The notes: generated by a model not told the origin, from the letters alone. A stretch of 64,000 nt of DNA from Candidatus Micrarchaeia archaeon (GCA_041659465.1 JBAZYD010000001.1:4281-68280), one strand, 5' to 3'; counted from the first letter of the stretch, positions 17,501-28,064 are shown. A program made the numbers and translations.

Positions 17501-20500
17501 ACAACTTCACAGCCACCATAGGGGCGGTGTCAATGAACGACACGCTCCCCACGCTCACCGCAAGCACGGTGAAAAGCATAAGCATGAACGCCACGGCATG
17601 CGGGGTGCTCTCGTCGGATTACACGCTCACCAACCCTGTCTACGGAGGCACGGACTGCTTCACCGCGGCCGCATACGGGCTGACGCTGGACTGCAACGGG
17701 TATGCGGTGAACTACTCGCGCACGGGCGCGGGATGCGGGCTGGCCATCGGCTCGTTCACGAACATAACCGCAAGGAACTGCGCGTTCGCGCAGGGCGCCT
17801 TCAACTCCTCCTCATCCGCATCGGTGTGCCTCTCGTCGTATGCCAATGCCACCATCGCAAACAGCACGTTCTCAACGCAGGGGGGCGCGAACGGCTATGC
17901 GTTCTCCCTGTCGGACAGCTTCGCAACCGCGCTCAACGACAGCTTCGCATACTCAAGCGCCCTTGTGTCGGGCGCGTCGCTCCTCCACAGGAAGTGGTAT
18001 GTCTCCACCAACGTCACCGACCTTGCAGGGAACCAGGTGATGTCCGCCAGCCTGAATATCACGGATGCGCAAAACACGACCATCGGCCCGCTTGCGGTCT
18101 CGTACGGCGCGGCAAGCGTGCCGCCGCTGACGCAGTACATGCAGGGCGCATCGGGCGCGACGTATTACAGCAACTACAGCTTCTATTCATGGGTGGGCAA
18201 CTCCAACAGGACGGTCCAGCTGAACCTCACCACGAACTCCGTGGTATCCATCCCGATAAACGCCTCCACCTGCGGGGTGTTCACAGCATCGATGACGCTG
18301 AAGAACGGCATCTACTCCCCGGGAACCTGCCTGGTGGCCGGGGCGCACTCGCTTACCGTGAACTGCAACGGCTACTCCATCAACTACTCGCAGGCGGGCA
18401 ACGGGCACTATGGCATCGACACGGCGGGGTACAACAACATAGAGGCAATCAACTGCTCGTTCGTGTCCGGCAATGCAAGCGCCGCTGATTCCTATGCGGT
18501 GTACATCAACAATTCGGCCGACTTCAGGCTGCACAATTCCACCGTGGAGGGGAGGGCGGCAAGGCTCAACACCACCTCCCAGGCGCAGTTCATAGGCACC
18601 AGGTTCGACAACGGGACCGTGGACTACTCGGACGCCTTAAGCACGCTGACCTCGAAGCAGTATGCGTACGTGCATGCCATAGGGCTTGCGGGCGAGAGCG
18701 TCAACGGCTCGGCCGTGAACGCCACGGACGCGTTCGGGAGCGTGGCGGCAAGCGGCACCACGGACGGGAACGGCACGGTCACGTTCCTGCTCACGCAGTT
18801 TGTCCAGGACCTTTCCGGGCTTGTCCCGTACGACCCCTACAACTTCACTGCGGCGCACCCTGAAACGCAGGTCGTGAATTACACCTACACCCCCATGAAC
18901 GAGAGCAAGGACGTGACAATCGGCCTGATTTCGGCAAACATCGCGATAGACTCGCCCAATGCCGGGCAGATTTTCATCCAGGGCGACCCTGTCCAGGGCG
19001 GGCCTGTGAACATCGTGGTGAACGAGACTAGGGGGCAGGGGTGGATAGACAACGTCACGGTGCAGGTGCAAGGCGACCCGTTCAACTACACCTATCAGGC
19101 AGTGGAGGTATCGCCCAACCAGTGGGGGTACAACTACACCATAGACCTGAGCCAGGTGTCGGCCACGCTCACCATAGTGGCAAGGGGATACAACGGCACT
19201 GCGTTCGTGAGCGCTACCCGTGATTTCGTGGTCACCCGCTCCTCGGGCTCGGGCGTGCTGCCACCCGTCGTAAGCTATTTCTGCCCCGACTACACCTACC
19301 TCAAGGCGAACAGCACGGAAAACATAAGCATATCCGCGGACCTTGACACCGTGCTTTACAGCATGAGCCTCAACGTCACCTACCCGAACGGGTCAAGCTC
19401 GCTCCTGTCGCCCATTGCCTCGTCATCCGGAAGCGACTATGTCTACAACAGGACATGGCAGCTTTCAATCAACCAGACAGGGAACTATACCCTGTATGCC
19501 ACCGTCACGGACGTGAACGGCAACAACGCCAATTCCACGAGGCGCATATATTCGGTGCCGCAGAACGTGACTGCGAGCCTGTCGGCAAACGGGCCTGACG
19601 CGCTTTACATGAACGACGTGTGCAGCGGGCGCACGCTGTTTTCCGGGGCCAACCTGACAGGGGTGTCGGTTGCGCCGGGGAATTACACCATGGTTGCGGA
19701 GGAGTACGGCCGCGCCAAGCTCTCGTTTTTGGACTTCAACGTGACCTCGGCAAGCGGCGTGTTCCTCAACTACTCCCGCGAATCCGCCGTGGGGCTTCTC
19801 CCGCCCACCAACAGGAGGAACGTATTGCTGTTCTCGACCCATGTGCTGGGCGGCAGGTTCAGCTCAGTGGACGTGCGCATGAACTACAGCTCTGAGGCAG
19901 GCAGCCTGGTTGCGGAATACAGCCTGGACGCGTATGCCTGCGCGGACTTCTACAACTGCACCTGGTCGGCCATGAACTACACGCTCAGCGTGCCTGCCAA
20001 GATAATGAACGCCAGCGTCTCCAACCTGAGCGGGCTCTACGGGATATTCGAGCCTGCATACCAGGACCCCATAATCATCCCAATCAACGTGGTGCCGCCG
20101 CAGGTGGCGCTGCTTGCGCCAAGCCCCTCGTACGCAATCGCCAACTCGACCATCACGGTGTACCTCAATGCGGACCTGGACGCGAACTTGTCTGGGGCAT
20201 GGGTCAACATCACCTACCCCGGCGGCTCGGCAGCCAACCTGACCAACCTGACATTCTCGAACGGCACGGGCTACACGTACAACCTCACCTACTCGTTCGT
20301 GGCGAACGAGACAGGAACATATTACATATCCGCGCGCGTGAACGACACCTACCACCAGAATGGCACGGCAATCGCGCAGGCGCACGTGCTGGCGGCTGCG
20401 CAGGAAGTGAACATCACGTCCTACGGCGTGGTTTCCTCGCTTCTCCTCGACCAGGGGATAGGCGCAACCGTGCTTTCAGGCGCGGGCTCCATGTCGGGAA

Positions 20501-23500
20501 GCGCGGCCGTAGGCAACTACACCGCGCGGTTGGGCACGCAGAATGCGAATGCCAGCTTTGACTTTTACCAGCTTGAGGTGCTGGGAGGGAACTTCAGCCT
20601 CCTGAACTTCAGCGAGCTCTCGCTGCTCACCGCGCCCGTGACCCATCCTGCCAACAGGAGCGCGCTCTACCTGTTCGATGCTGCAGCCGCCGGGATGAAC
20701 TACAGCGGCGCAGGGGTGAGGGTGAACTACACGCAGAGCCTGCCAAGCATAATTTCCGAGGTGGCCCTTGAGGCATGGCATTGCGGAAGCATTGGAAACT
20801 GCACAAGCATGTCAAGGGTGAATGCCACAATCGACACTGCGCTGCACACAGCCACGCTCAACCTGTCCGAAGTTTCAGGCGTGTACGGGATTTACCAGCC
20901 GCTCCTGTCCATCACCACCCCTGTGCAGGCGCCGCTGCCAGTGGTGGCAAGGTTCACAGCCAACAGGATAAACGCCGCCCAGAACGCCAATGTCACAGTC
21001 TACCTCGACCTGGAGATGGGCGCCAACCTGTCGCTTGCCAATGTAAGCGTGGCAAGGCCTTCGGGCGGCGTCCAGTTCCTCTCGAACAGCTCGTATGCCA
21101 ATGGCACCAACCACACCTACAACCTGACATATACGGTATACACGAATGAAAGCGGCACCTACTCGCTTTCCGCGTTTGTAAGGGACGTCTACGCGCAGAA
21201 CACCACGGCAAACGCGACATTCTTTGCAGCCGCCAACGACCTGGTGATGATTACATCGTACGGCCTGGACAACTCAAGCCTGATTGACCCGGGGACGGGC
21301 GCCGTTGCGCAGACCGGCGGGAATTTGCTTGCTGCAAGCCTGCCGCTTGGCAACTACACGTTTGCCGCAAATGCCTCGATTGTAAACATCACGCTGTACC
21401 AGCTGCAGGTGACAGGGGTGATGAATGGAATCAACCACACCAACCTGTCAACCTCGGCAGTGGCTGCGCCTGCGAACAGGAGCGGGCTTTGCCTCTTCAG
21501 CGCTGCCTCGCTTGCCGGCGCCGCCTATGGCAGGGCAAGCGTGGCGATAAGGTATGGAAGCCTTGTTGGAAGCATAGTGTCCGAGGCATCCCTTGAGGTA
21601 TGGCAGTGCGAAAGCGTGGCGAACTGCTCCAGCATGGAGCGGGTGAATGCCACAATCGACTCAGCGCTCCACACCGCCACGTTCAACCTTTCCACAGTTT
21701 CCGGCGTGTACGGGCTTTACCAGCCGCTGCACACGGTGAGCACCTCGGTGCAGGCAGCTGCGCCGCAGATAGCGCTTTTTGCGCCAAGCAGGGCAAGCCC
21801 AGTGAGGAACACCAATGTGACCGTGTACCTGAACGCCGCGCTGGGCGCCCAGCTGTCAAGCGCCGTGGTCACCGTAGCCAAGCCCTACAGCGGGCTGCAG
21901 ACGCTGGTGAACGCGACGTATTCCAACGGCACCAACTACACCTACAACTACACGTATGTCGTGTATGCCAACGAGCCCGACACCTACACGCTCACCGCGG
22001 TGGTGACGGACATCTATGGCCAGAACGCCACTGCCACAAGCTCCTTTGACGCGCAGTACAACACCAATGTGGTGGTGACCTCGTACGGCATGGAAGCCAC
22101 GCGCGTGGTGGACTCCGGGGTCGGCACTGCGCTTCTCTCGGGCGGCAACGTGCTTTCAGGCAGCATCCCCCCGGGAACATACACGTATGCCGCTGACGCA
22201 AGGAACGTAACGTTCACGCTTTTGCAGCTGCCGATAAGCGCAAGCCTGGCAGTGCTCAACTACACCAACTGGTCGGATTCCGCAATCCCCTCCCTCAACA
22301 ACAGGAGCACGCTGTATGTGTTTAGCGTCGGCAACCTGAGCGCGGGGTATTCGCATGCAAGCGCCGCGATAAACTACACCTGGCTTTCTGCAAGGGTGAT
22401 ATCCGAGCCATCGCTTGAGGTCTGGCAGTGCCCAAGCGTTGCAAACTGCTCGGGCATGTCAAGGGTGGATGCCGCAATCGACACGGCATCAGACACAGTC
22501 ACGTTCAACATGACGGATGTTTCCGGCGTGTACGGGCTTTACCAGCCGTCGCAGACCGTGACCCAGACAGTGCACGCAGGGCTTCCGGTAATAACCAGGC
22601 TTGCGCCAAGCGCATACAACACGCTTCTGGGCGAGAATGTCACCATCTACCTGGATGCCACCCTGAGCGTCAACCTGTCCTCCACCCTGGCAAGCCTGTC
22701 CTACCCGTCAGGGGCGGTTGCGAACCTGACCAACGTGACATTCGCCAACGGGAGCGGCTATGACTACAACTACACATATGCGTTCATTGCGAACGAGACC
22801 GGGCGCTATGGCATCACAGCAACAGTATACGACATATACGGCCAGAATGCGACCGCAAACGCCTCGGTGTGGGTGGCTGCCGCGAACGAGAGCGTGTCCA
22901 TTGCCTCGCCAGGGGCGAATTCCTCGCTCCTTTATGATTCGGGAATGGGCACTGCCGTGCTTTCAGGCAACTCCACCATGGAGGGGAACATCACCCCTGG
23001 GAACTACAGCGCGCAGGTCAATGCGTCAAGCGTGGCATTCAGCTTCACTTCGCTTGAGGTGCAAGGCGGGAACCACACCCTCCTGTCGTTTTCCAGCCTT
23101 GCAACAGGCAGCGCTACTGCGCCTGCCAACCGGAGCGAGATGTATGCGTTTTCCGCAAATGCGACAGGCATGGCGTTTGGCTCTGCGGGTATGGAGATAG
23201 ACTACTCGGCTTTGCTTGGCGGCGTGGTGTCGGAATCCGCGCTTGAGGTCTGGGCATGCGAAAGCGTGGCGAACTGCAGCAACATGACCAAGCTTTCCGC
23301 CGCCATCAACACGGCCTCCGATAAAGCCGTCGCGCAGTACTCGGCAGCATACGGGGTCTATGGCCTGTACCAGGCGTCCCAGACCGTCACAGTGACCGAA
23401 ACCGTGACCAATATAGTGCACCAGAGCAACACGAACACCGTGACTAAGGAGGTCAAGACAAACGTCACGGTTGTGAAGAACGTCCCTGTGCCATTCGAGG

Positions 23501-24234
23501 TCCCGGTAGAGGTGAGCGTGCCCTCCTACACCACGGTGCGGCTGCTCTCCGGCCCGCAAAGCGTGGAGATGCACCCGGGCGAAACCACCAATGTCGAGAT
23601 AACGGTGCAAAACAGCCTGGGCAAGGACATAGGCACGGTGACACTTACTGTGCAGCACGGGGACGGGGTGGAGGCGAGCCTTTCCAGGGACACGTTCACC
23701 CTTGCTTCGGGCGCATCGGAAAAGGCAATGCTTGCCATCAAGGCAAGCGCAGGCACAGGCAGCACGAGCGTGAGGATAGCCGCGGACGCGCCATCGATAA
23801 AGATAAAGGACGAGATGTCATTAGCGGTGATGGTGTCAGCGGGCCTTGAAAAGGACAAGCTCGCTGCGCAGCAGAAGATAGAGTTTGCAAAGAAGCTGAT
23901 AGCCGACAACCCCGAGTGCCTGGATTTGCAGGAGGGGCTTGCCAGCGCGGCGATGTACATAGGCAGCGGCAAGTACGCAAGCGCCGAGGCAAGGGCGCAA
24001 AGCACCATATCCAGCTGCTCGGGCATTATGGCGCTGCGCGGCAAGGCCGTCATCCAGACCGAGAAGGTGCCGCAGGTCGACCTTGCGGCAAGCCTGGCAA
24101 TACCTGTGGCGTTCATGGGGGCCGCAGGCGCAGCCGCCCTGGTGGTCTTCATGTTCGCAAAGAGCAGGGAAAGGAGGAAGCGGGACATAGGCAAGCGCAT
24201 TGCTGCAACCCACGGCAAGGGCAGCGCCCAGTGA
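14566..24234 (+). CDS. Giant (3222 aa) cell-surface glycoprotein/adhesin: parallel beta-helix repeats, five ~275-280 aa Ig-like modules, C-terminal TM anchor
   Basis: Signal-like N-terminus ending AVHA; Asn-rich GIYL...N.I.NN.I beta-helix repeats; modules start near 19261, 20095, 20935, 21760 and 22582; many N-x-S/T sequons; TM followed by basic tail. Confidence 0.9.
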   Translation: MSDSAQIGKACLSGNPEARGLSAHFSPFFVFFASLLLFSGAVHAACPGTVSADYNMTQNETATTTACIVAGTAGITVDCQGFTITLNGGSAVPAIDVNSQNITIRNCVIAETSATNVAWGALHLRATANNTTVTNTNISSAGHYAIYALSSYNSFTDVRALATTQNVGAVRFDASSFNHLANMVINKTATANTYALYWNTGDSNALDNVFADGSAAGTAKYGAYLNTFTNGNLTNCEFNSLTNYAVWLTGGSTGNNFSAPQINTSGTAAAHGFYIDLSSGNSISDASINSSGVGIYIVSSSGATNIQRAWINSTASSGIYIQASVASDANIINGSTVNALNYPLWVHQSSYNLVYNSTFISAAGHAFYTDTGTNGNVFVNNTFQSRFTTTGYYGMYFVSDSSYNLIENNTIWSPTYYAIYFGMSSSYNNISRNSITASANAGYGVTFAAIPADNNQVIENNIVANGFGIQIMGDYNNVSGNNVVSNASSGIYLYLSNYNTLESNNVTAVNNGIYLYTSTYNNITNSNYTTNSSYTAYLATNADYNRFAGNVFNQTSGTALDARIGTYIVTSNYNWFENGTIWTYGSDAVRVTTSANNNVFSNNIVYTNATNYYGVQVTTNCQYNQFNGNNITSEKGYGVLVTTTSKYNTFNGGFVDAYRQTGITVQTSSTYNNFSNMNVRTGINANGGYGLYLTGSANNNKFTNMTFASNATYCAYLYNVANNNEFSNVSFFSNTSIAIYMLQNVQGNVFRNFSATSNNTYALDLNGNGNVVNYNSFRHGYLQSNSTAGGTAALYLYNAVNYNNFTNMTITNLGGMGVYFYVAANNIFNNTTINAGPLTNAYGMQLQTLSQNNQLVNSVINTAAPIVSGGYDMVIGNLAAQPSSLVATNTSFDTMSGVNIPNVDTNSYLNLTWYLRANVSSLAGAPVEGTSVAIYNANGALVSNNATDSSGLTPWVAAMQYKQTQSGSGPYIYTLFYPYNFTATIGAVSMNDTLPTLTASTVKSISMNATACGVLSSDYTLTNPVYGGTDCFTAAAYGLTLDCNGYAVNYSRTGAGCGLAIGSFTNITARNCAFAQGAFNSSSSASVCLSSYANATIANSTFSTQGGANGYAFSLSDSFATALNDSFAYSSALVSGASLLHRKWYVSTNVTDLAGNQVMSASLNITDAQNTTIGPLAVSYGAASVPPLTQYMQGASGATYYSNYSFYSWVGNSNRTVQLNLTTNSVVSIPINASTCGVFTASMTLKNGIYSPGTCLVAGAHSLTVNCNGYSINYSQAGNGHYGIDTAGYNNIEAINCSFVSGNASAADSYAVYINNSADFRLHNSTVEGRAARLNTTSQAQFIGTRFDNGTVDYSDALSTLTSKQYAYVHAIGLAGESVNGSAVNATDAFGSVAASGTTDGNGTVTFLLTQFVQDLSGLVPYDPYNFTAAHPETQVVNYTYTPMNESKDVTIGLISANIAIDSPNAGQIFIQGDPVQGGPVNIVVNETRGQGWIDNVTVQVQGDPFNYTYQAVEVSPNQWGYNYTIDLSQVSATLTIVARGYNGTAFVSATRDFVVTRSSGSGVLPPVVSYFCPDYTYLKANSTENISISADLDTVLYSMSLNVTYPNGSSSLLSPIASSSGSDYVYNRTWQLSINQTGNYTLYATVTDVNGNNANSTRRIYSVPQNVTASLSANGPDALYMNDVCSGRTLFSGANLTGVSVAPGNYTMVAEEYGRAKLSFLDFNVTSASGVFLNYSRESAVGLLPPTNRRNVLLFSTHVLGGRFSSVDVRMNYSSEAGSLVAEYSLDAYACADFYNCTWSAMNYTLSVPAKIMNASVSNLSGLYGIFEPAYQDPIIIPINVVPPQVALLAPSPSYAIANSTITVYLNADLDANLSGAWVNITYPGGSAANLTNLTFSNGTGYTYNLTYSFVANETGTYYISARVNDTYHQNGTAIAQAHVLAAAQEVNITSYGVVSSLLLDQGIGATVLSGAGSMSGSAAVGNYTARLGTQNANASFDFYQLEVLGGNFSLLNFSELSLLTAPVTHPANRSALYLFDAAAAGMNYSGAGVRVNYTQSLPSIISEVALEAWHCGSIGNCTSMSRVNATIDTALHTATLNLSEVSGVYGIYQPLLSITTPVQAPLPVVARFTANRINAAQNANVTVYLDLEMGANLSLANVSVARPSGGVQFLSNSSYANGTNHTYNLTYTVYTNESGTYSLSAFVRDVYAQNTTANATFFAAANDLVMITSYGLDNSSLIDPGTGAVAQTGGNLLAASLPLGNYTFAANASIVNITLYQLQVTGVMNGINHTNLSTSAVAAPANRSGLCLFSAASLAGAAYGRASVAIRYGSLVGSIVSEASLEVWQCESVANCSSMERVNATIDSALHTATFNLSTVSGVYGLYQPLHTVSTSVQAAAPQIALFAPSRASPVRNTNVTVYLNAALGAQLSSAVVTVAKPYSGLQTLVNATYSNGTNYTYNYTYVVYANEPDTYTLTAVVTDIYGQNATATSSFDAQYNTNVVVTSYGMEATRVVDSGVGTALLSGGNVLSGSIPPGTYTYAADARNVTFTLLQLPISASLAVLNYTNWSDSAIPSLNNRSTLYVFSVGNLSAGYSHASAAINYTWLSARVISEPSLEVWQCPSVANCSGMSRVDAAIDTASDTVTFNMTDVSGVYGLYQPSQTVTQTVHAGLPVITRLAPSAYNTLLGENVTIYLDATLSVNLSSTLASLSYPSGAVANLTNVTFANGSGYDYNYTYAFIANETGRYGITATVYDIYGQNATANASVWVAAANESVSIASPGANSSLLYDSGMGTAVLSGNSTMEGNITPGNYSAQVNASSVAFSFTSLEVQGGNHTLLSFSSLATGSATAPANRSEMYAFSANATGMAFGSAGMEIDYSALLGGVVSESALEVWACESVANCSNMTKLSAAINTASDKAVAQYSAAYGVYGLYQASQTVTVTETVTNIVHQSNTNTVTKEVKTNVTVVKNVPVPFEVPVEVSVPSYTTVRLLSGPQSVEMHPGETTNVEITVQNSLGKDIGTVTLTVQHGDGVEASLSRDTFTLASGASEKAMLAIKASAGTGSTSVRIAADAPSIKIKDEMSLAVMVSAGLEKDKLAAQQKIEFAKKLIADNPECLDLQEGLASAAMYIGSGKYASAEARAQSTISSCSGIMALRGKAVIQTEKVPQVDLAASLAIPVAFMGAAGAAALVVFMFAKSRERRKRDIGKRIAATHGKGSAQ

Positions 24235-24311
24235 GTTTGGGGAAAATCCAGGATGGCATGGCAAGCCGCCGGGCATGGAGTTTCCAATATTATCGTTCTG
24301 GAGGGATTTGG

Positions 24312-25328
24312 ATGGCAATCGAGGCGAAAAAGGCAGGGGCAACCGAGCAGCACCTTGACAAGAAGACGGTCGAGAAATACTCCGAGAAGTTCGCAAAGAT
24401 AAGGGACGGCATGAAAAAGGCGGTCGTGGGCCAGGAGCACGCGGTGGACGCCATATTGCGCGGTCTCATCGCGAACGGGCACGTGCTCATCGAAGGGTAC
24501 CCAGGCGTTGCAAAAACCCTGATAATGATGAGCATGGCCACGCTCACGGGCTGCAAGTACAAGAGGATACAGTTCACGCCAGACATGCTGCCCTCGGACA
24601 TAACGGGCGTGACATCCTATTCGCCCGAGAAGGGCTTTTACACAATCAAGGGCCCAGTGTTCACCAACTTCGTCCTCGCCGACGAAATCAACCGCGCGCC
24701 GGCCAAGGTGCAGTCCGCGCTTCTCGAGGCCATGCAGGAGAAGAAGGTGACCATCGGGAGCACCACGTACGACCTTGACCTGCCCTTCGTGGTGCTTGCC
24801 ACGCAGAACAACATAGAGTCGCTGGGCGTATATCCCCTTCCCGCCGCGCAGCTGGACAGGTTCATGTTCAAGATAAACATGGGCTACCCCGAGCCCGTGG
24901 AGGAGCGGACGATATTGCGGCACAACATAACGTCCGCAACGTTCGAGTCGCTGGGCGTGGAGCCGGTCATGACGCCTTCCGAGATACTGGAGATACAGTC
25001 GAACGTGAAGAGGATATACTGCACCGAGGAGATAGAGGAGTACATCGTCTCCATAGTGCACGCGACAAGGGACCACAAGGGGGCGGGCATAGACCTTGGC
25101 AGGCATGTGGAGTACGGAGGGAGCCCGCGCGCGTCCATTGCCATCTACATGGGCGCGCAGGCCAACGCCATGATGAGGGGAAGGACGTTTGTGACCCCGC
25201 AGGATGTCAAGGATGTGGCGCACGACGTGCTGCGGCACAGGATAATCCTGAACTACGAGGGGCAGGCGGAGATGGTGAGCATCGACGCGCTGATAACCGA
25301 GGTGCTCGAGAAGGTAAGGGTGCCGTAA
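24312..25328 (+). CDS. moxR: MoxR-family AAA+ ATPase
   Basis: GHVLIEGYPGVAKT, RIQFTPDMLPSDITG, LADEINRAPAKVQSALLEAMQE, QLDRF, GGSPRA, VLRHR. Confidence 0.96.
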   Translation: MAIEAKKAGATEQHLDKKTVEKYSEKFAKIRDGMKKAVVGQEHAVDAILRGLIANGHVLIEGYPGVAKTLIMMSMATLTGCKYKRIQFTPDMLPSDITGVTSYSPEKGFYTIKGPVFTNFVLADEINRAPAKVQSALLEAMQEKKVTIGSTTYDLDLPFVVLATQNNIESLGVYPLPAAQLDRFMFKINMGYPEPVEERTILRHNITSATFESLGVEPVMTPSEILEIQSNVKRIYCTEEIEEYIVSIVHATRDHKGAGIDLGRHVEYGGSPRASIAIYMGAQANAMMRGRTFVTPQDVKDVAHDVLRHRIILNYEGQAEMVSIDALITEVLEKVRVP

Positions 25329-25365
25329 ATCGGAACATCAGGAATGGAAAAATCCGGTGCAGACC

Positions 25366-26256
25366 ATGATGAAGCTAGATATCGACCCGAAGCCCAGGAT
25401 TGAGAACCTGGAGCTGACCACGCACAGGCTGGTGACGTCCAACTTCATGGGCGACTACCAGTCGGTGTTCCGGGGCAGGGGCGTGATTTTCGAGTCATAC
25501 CGCGAGTACAGCAACAGCGACGACGCGTCCGAAATCGACTGGAAGGCGTCCATGCGCTGCGGCAAGACCATGGTGAAGGAATACGTGGAGGAGAGGAACC
25601 TGGACGTGTTCTTCCTCATGGACTCGTCCTACACCATGGTGTTCGGCTCGCAAAAAAAGCTCAAGCACGAGTATGCCGCGGAGATGGTGGCGTCCATGGC
25701 GTTTGCGATACTTGACAGGGGCGACGCTGTGGGGCTGGGCATGTTCTCGGACAAAGTGCAGGGCTTCCTTCCGCCCGAAAGGGGGCATGCGCAGTACAGA
25801 AGGCTGCTGCGCGAGATAGCCAGGCCTGAGAATTACGACGGGCCATGCAACTTCGAGGCAGCGGTGCGCACCTGCCTGCAGAGGCTCAAGCCCCAGACGC
25901 TCCTCGTGCTTGTGACTGACGGGGTGAACATGGACGGGAACTGGCGCATACCCCTCAAGGTGGCGAACAGGAAGTTCGAGGTGCTGCTCATGCTGGTGCG
26001 CGACCCGCGCGACGACGAGCTGCCATCTGGGGTGGGGCACGTGTCGGTGGAGAACCCGAGCACGGGCGAGCAGATGCTTTTGGACACCGAGGGGATAAGG
26101 GGCGAGTATGCCGCCGCGGCAAAGGGGATACTGGACTCGAACATGGCGCTTTTCCACCACTGCGGCATTGCGGACGTGCCTGTCATGAGGACGGACGAGG
26201 ACTTCACCAAGCACGTGGTGGGTTATTTCCAGAGAAGGAAGATGCGCATGAGATGA
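25366..26256 (+). CDS. DUF58 family protein (MoxR-associated)
   Basis: FRGRGVIFESYREY..SDD..EIDWKAS.R....VKEYVEER...MDSSYTM.FGS. Confidence 0.93.
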   Translation: MMKLDIDPKPRIENLELTTHRLVTSNFMGDYQSVFRGRGVIFESYREYSNSDDASEIDWKASMRCGKTMVKEYVEERNLDVFFLMDSSYTMVFGSQKKLKHEYAAEMVASMAFAILDRGDAVGLGMFSDKVQGFLPPERGHAQYRRLLREIARPENYDGPCNFEAAVRTCLQRLKPQTLLVLVTDGVNMDGNWRIPLKVANRKFEVLLMLVRDPRDDELPSGVGHVSVENPSTGEQMLLDTEGIRGEYAAAAKGILDSNMALFHHCGIADVPVMRTDEDFTKHVVGYFQRRKMRMR

Positions 26257-26327
26257 TGCAGTGGCGGCGCATTGCCGGCATTTGCCATGGAAGGGAAAAT
26301 AGGATGACGTAATACCGGGGCAATCCA

Positions 26328-27266
26328 ATGGACTTCACATTCGAGCACAGCATTTACCTGCTTTTCCTCCTGCTTATCCCGCTCCTTGTCGCGCTGCACT
26401 TCTACAGCCTGCATTTCGTGCGCCAAAAAGCCATGCGGTTCGCGAACTTCGAGGCGCTTGAGAAGATAGTGCAGGCAAGGCAGGTGGTGCCGAACAACTA
26501 CCTCATACTTGCCATGAGGGCGCTCACGCTGGTGGGCTTCACGCTTGCGGCATCGGGAATCACCGCGCATTACCAGGCCCAGGCGTCAGCATACGACTAC
26601 ATAGTGGCCATGGACATCTCCAACAGCATGCAATCGTCCGACCTGCTGCCAGACAGGCTGGGGGCGTCGAAAGCTGCGGTTGCAGGGTGGGTATCCGCGC
26701 TGCCGCAGGGTACGCATGTGGGGATTGTCACGTTCTCCTCGCAGGCCAACCTTTTTGCAGAGCCGACAGGCGACCTGTGGATGGCCGCGCTCAAGACCGC
26801 GGGCATTATAGGGGACAGGAGCGGCGGCACGGCGATTTGCGAGGCCCTCAAGGCAGGCACCAACTGGCTTTCCAGCGCCAAGAACCCAGGCGCCATAGTG
26901 CTGGTTTCCGACGGGCAGAACAATGCCGGCTGCCTGCTTGAGGAAGGGATTGCCTATGCCAAGGGCAGGGGCGTGAAGGTGTATTCCATAGGGGTTGGAA
27001 GCGCCGCAGGCGGGGCGGTGGAAGGGCTCCCAGGCACTGTCTTCACGCTTGACGAGGCAGACCTGAGGAAGGTTGCGGACGGCACAGGCGGGGCATATTA
27101 CCGCGCATCCGACTCGGACGGCCTGAAGGCGGCGTTTGCCAGCCTGGTGGCGCCAGGCATGAGGGAGGAAAGCGTGCCGCTTGCCATCCCGCTCATGATG
27201 CTCTCGTTCCTGTTCGTGTTCATCGACTGGGGGCTTTCAATCTCAAGGTACAGGGCGATACCTTAA
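26328..27266 (+). CDS. BatA-like membrane vWA-domain protein
   Basis: N-terminal BatA-type TM segment; MIDAS DISNS; GTAI; LVSDG; YSIGVG; C-terminal TM. Confidence 0.92.
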   Translation: MDFTFEHSIYLLFLLLIPLLVALHFYSLHFVRQKAMRFANFEALEKIVQARQVVPNNYLILAMRALTLVGFTLAASGITAHYQAQASAYDYIVAMDISNSMQSSDLLPDRLGASKAAVAGWVSALPQGTHVGIVTFSSQANLFAEPTGDLWMAALKTAGIIGDRSGGTAICEALKAGTNWLSSAKNPGAIVLVSDGQNNAGCLLEEGIAYAKGRGVKVYSIGVGSAAGGAVEGLPGTVFTLDEADLRKVADGTGGAYYRASDSDGLKAAFASLVAPGMREESVPLAIPLMMLSFLFVFIDWGLSISRYRAIP

Positions 27267-27333
27267 GGGAAACGGCAGCCCAAGGAAAAAAACAGCCCAG
27301 CCTAAGGAGAAATGTTTGCTTCAGGCAAACTAA

Positions 27334-27885
27334 TCAGAAAATCTGGTGCAAAAGCAGCCTGAACTTGTCGGCCATGGAGAGCAGGAACTCGCGGTCGTTT
27401 CGGGGGATGTTCTCTGAGACGATTCCGGATATCTTCTTTTTCGTGGCGCCCTTGATGTGGTCGCCCTCGCTTTCCATTTCCGCGATGTACTGGTGAAGCA
27501 TCTTCTCCTGCGCGTGGCGCTTCTCCTCGGCAATCTTGCGGAACTCCTCGCAGCCGTATTCCATCATGGCAAGCTCGTCGAGGAATGCATTGACCTCGTC
27601 GCGAAGCGAGGGGGGGAAGTGCTTCTTGCTTGCTATCTCCTCCATTATCTCCTGGAATGTGACCTCGTACTTTATGCCAAGCGCCTCGCGGAAAGCTGCC
27701 TTCACAAGAGAGTAGAACTCCTTTGCCTTGAGGTGGACGTTCTTGTCAGTCACGGTGTCGCGGAGCTCCTGCAGCTGGGCGCTGAATTTCTGGACGGATT
27801 CGCGCTTCAGGCCGGCATGGTGCTCGGAAACCGGCTTTGGGGCCGGCTTTTTCCGCAGGAAGAAATTGAAAACGCCTTTGAGCAT
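27334..27885 (-). CDS. Hypothetical helical protein
   Basis: ORF with host-like codon usage, convergent on the vWA gene. Confidence 0.7.
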   Translation of the reverse strand: MLKGVFNFFLRKKPAPKPVSEHHAGLKRESVQKFSAQLQELRDTVTDKNVHLKAKEFYSLVKAAFREALGIKYEVTFQEIMEEIASKKHFPPSLRDEVNAFLDELAMMEYGCEEFRKIAEEKRHAQEKMLHQYIAEMESEGDHIKGATKKKISGIVSENIPRNDREFLLSMADKFRLLLHQIF

Positions 27886-28064
27886 GGAATCACGTGGTTT
27901 TTCCAACAGATAACCGGTTGATGATTAAGCAGGGCTAGACTTTTAATGTTATCCATTGCCCCAACGTCGGGCGTGTTTTGTTTGGGACAGAAGCGCGCTG
28001 CGCGGCAGGCGCAAGAATGCGCTCCGGGGGGAACGGTTCACTCCCGGGGGAACACCGCGCCGCC

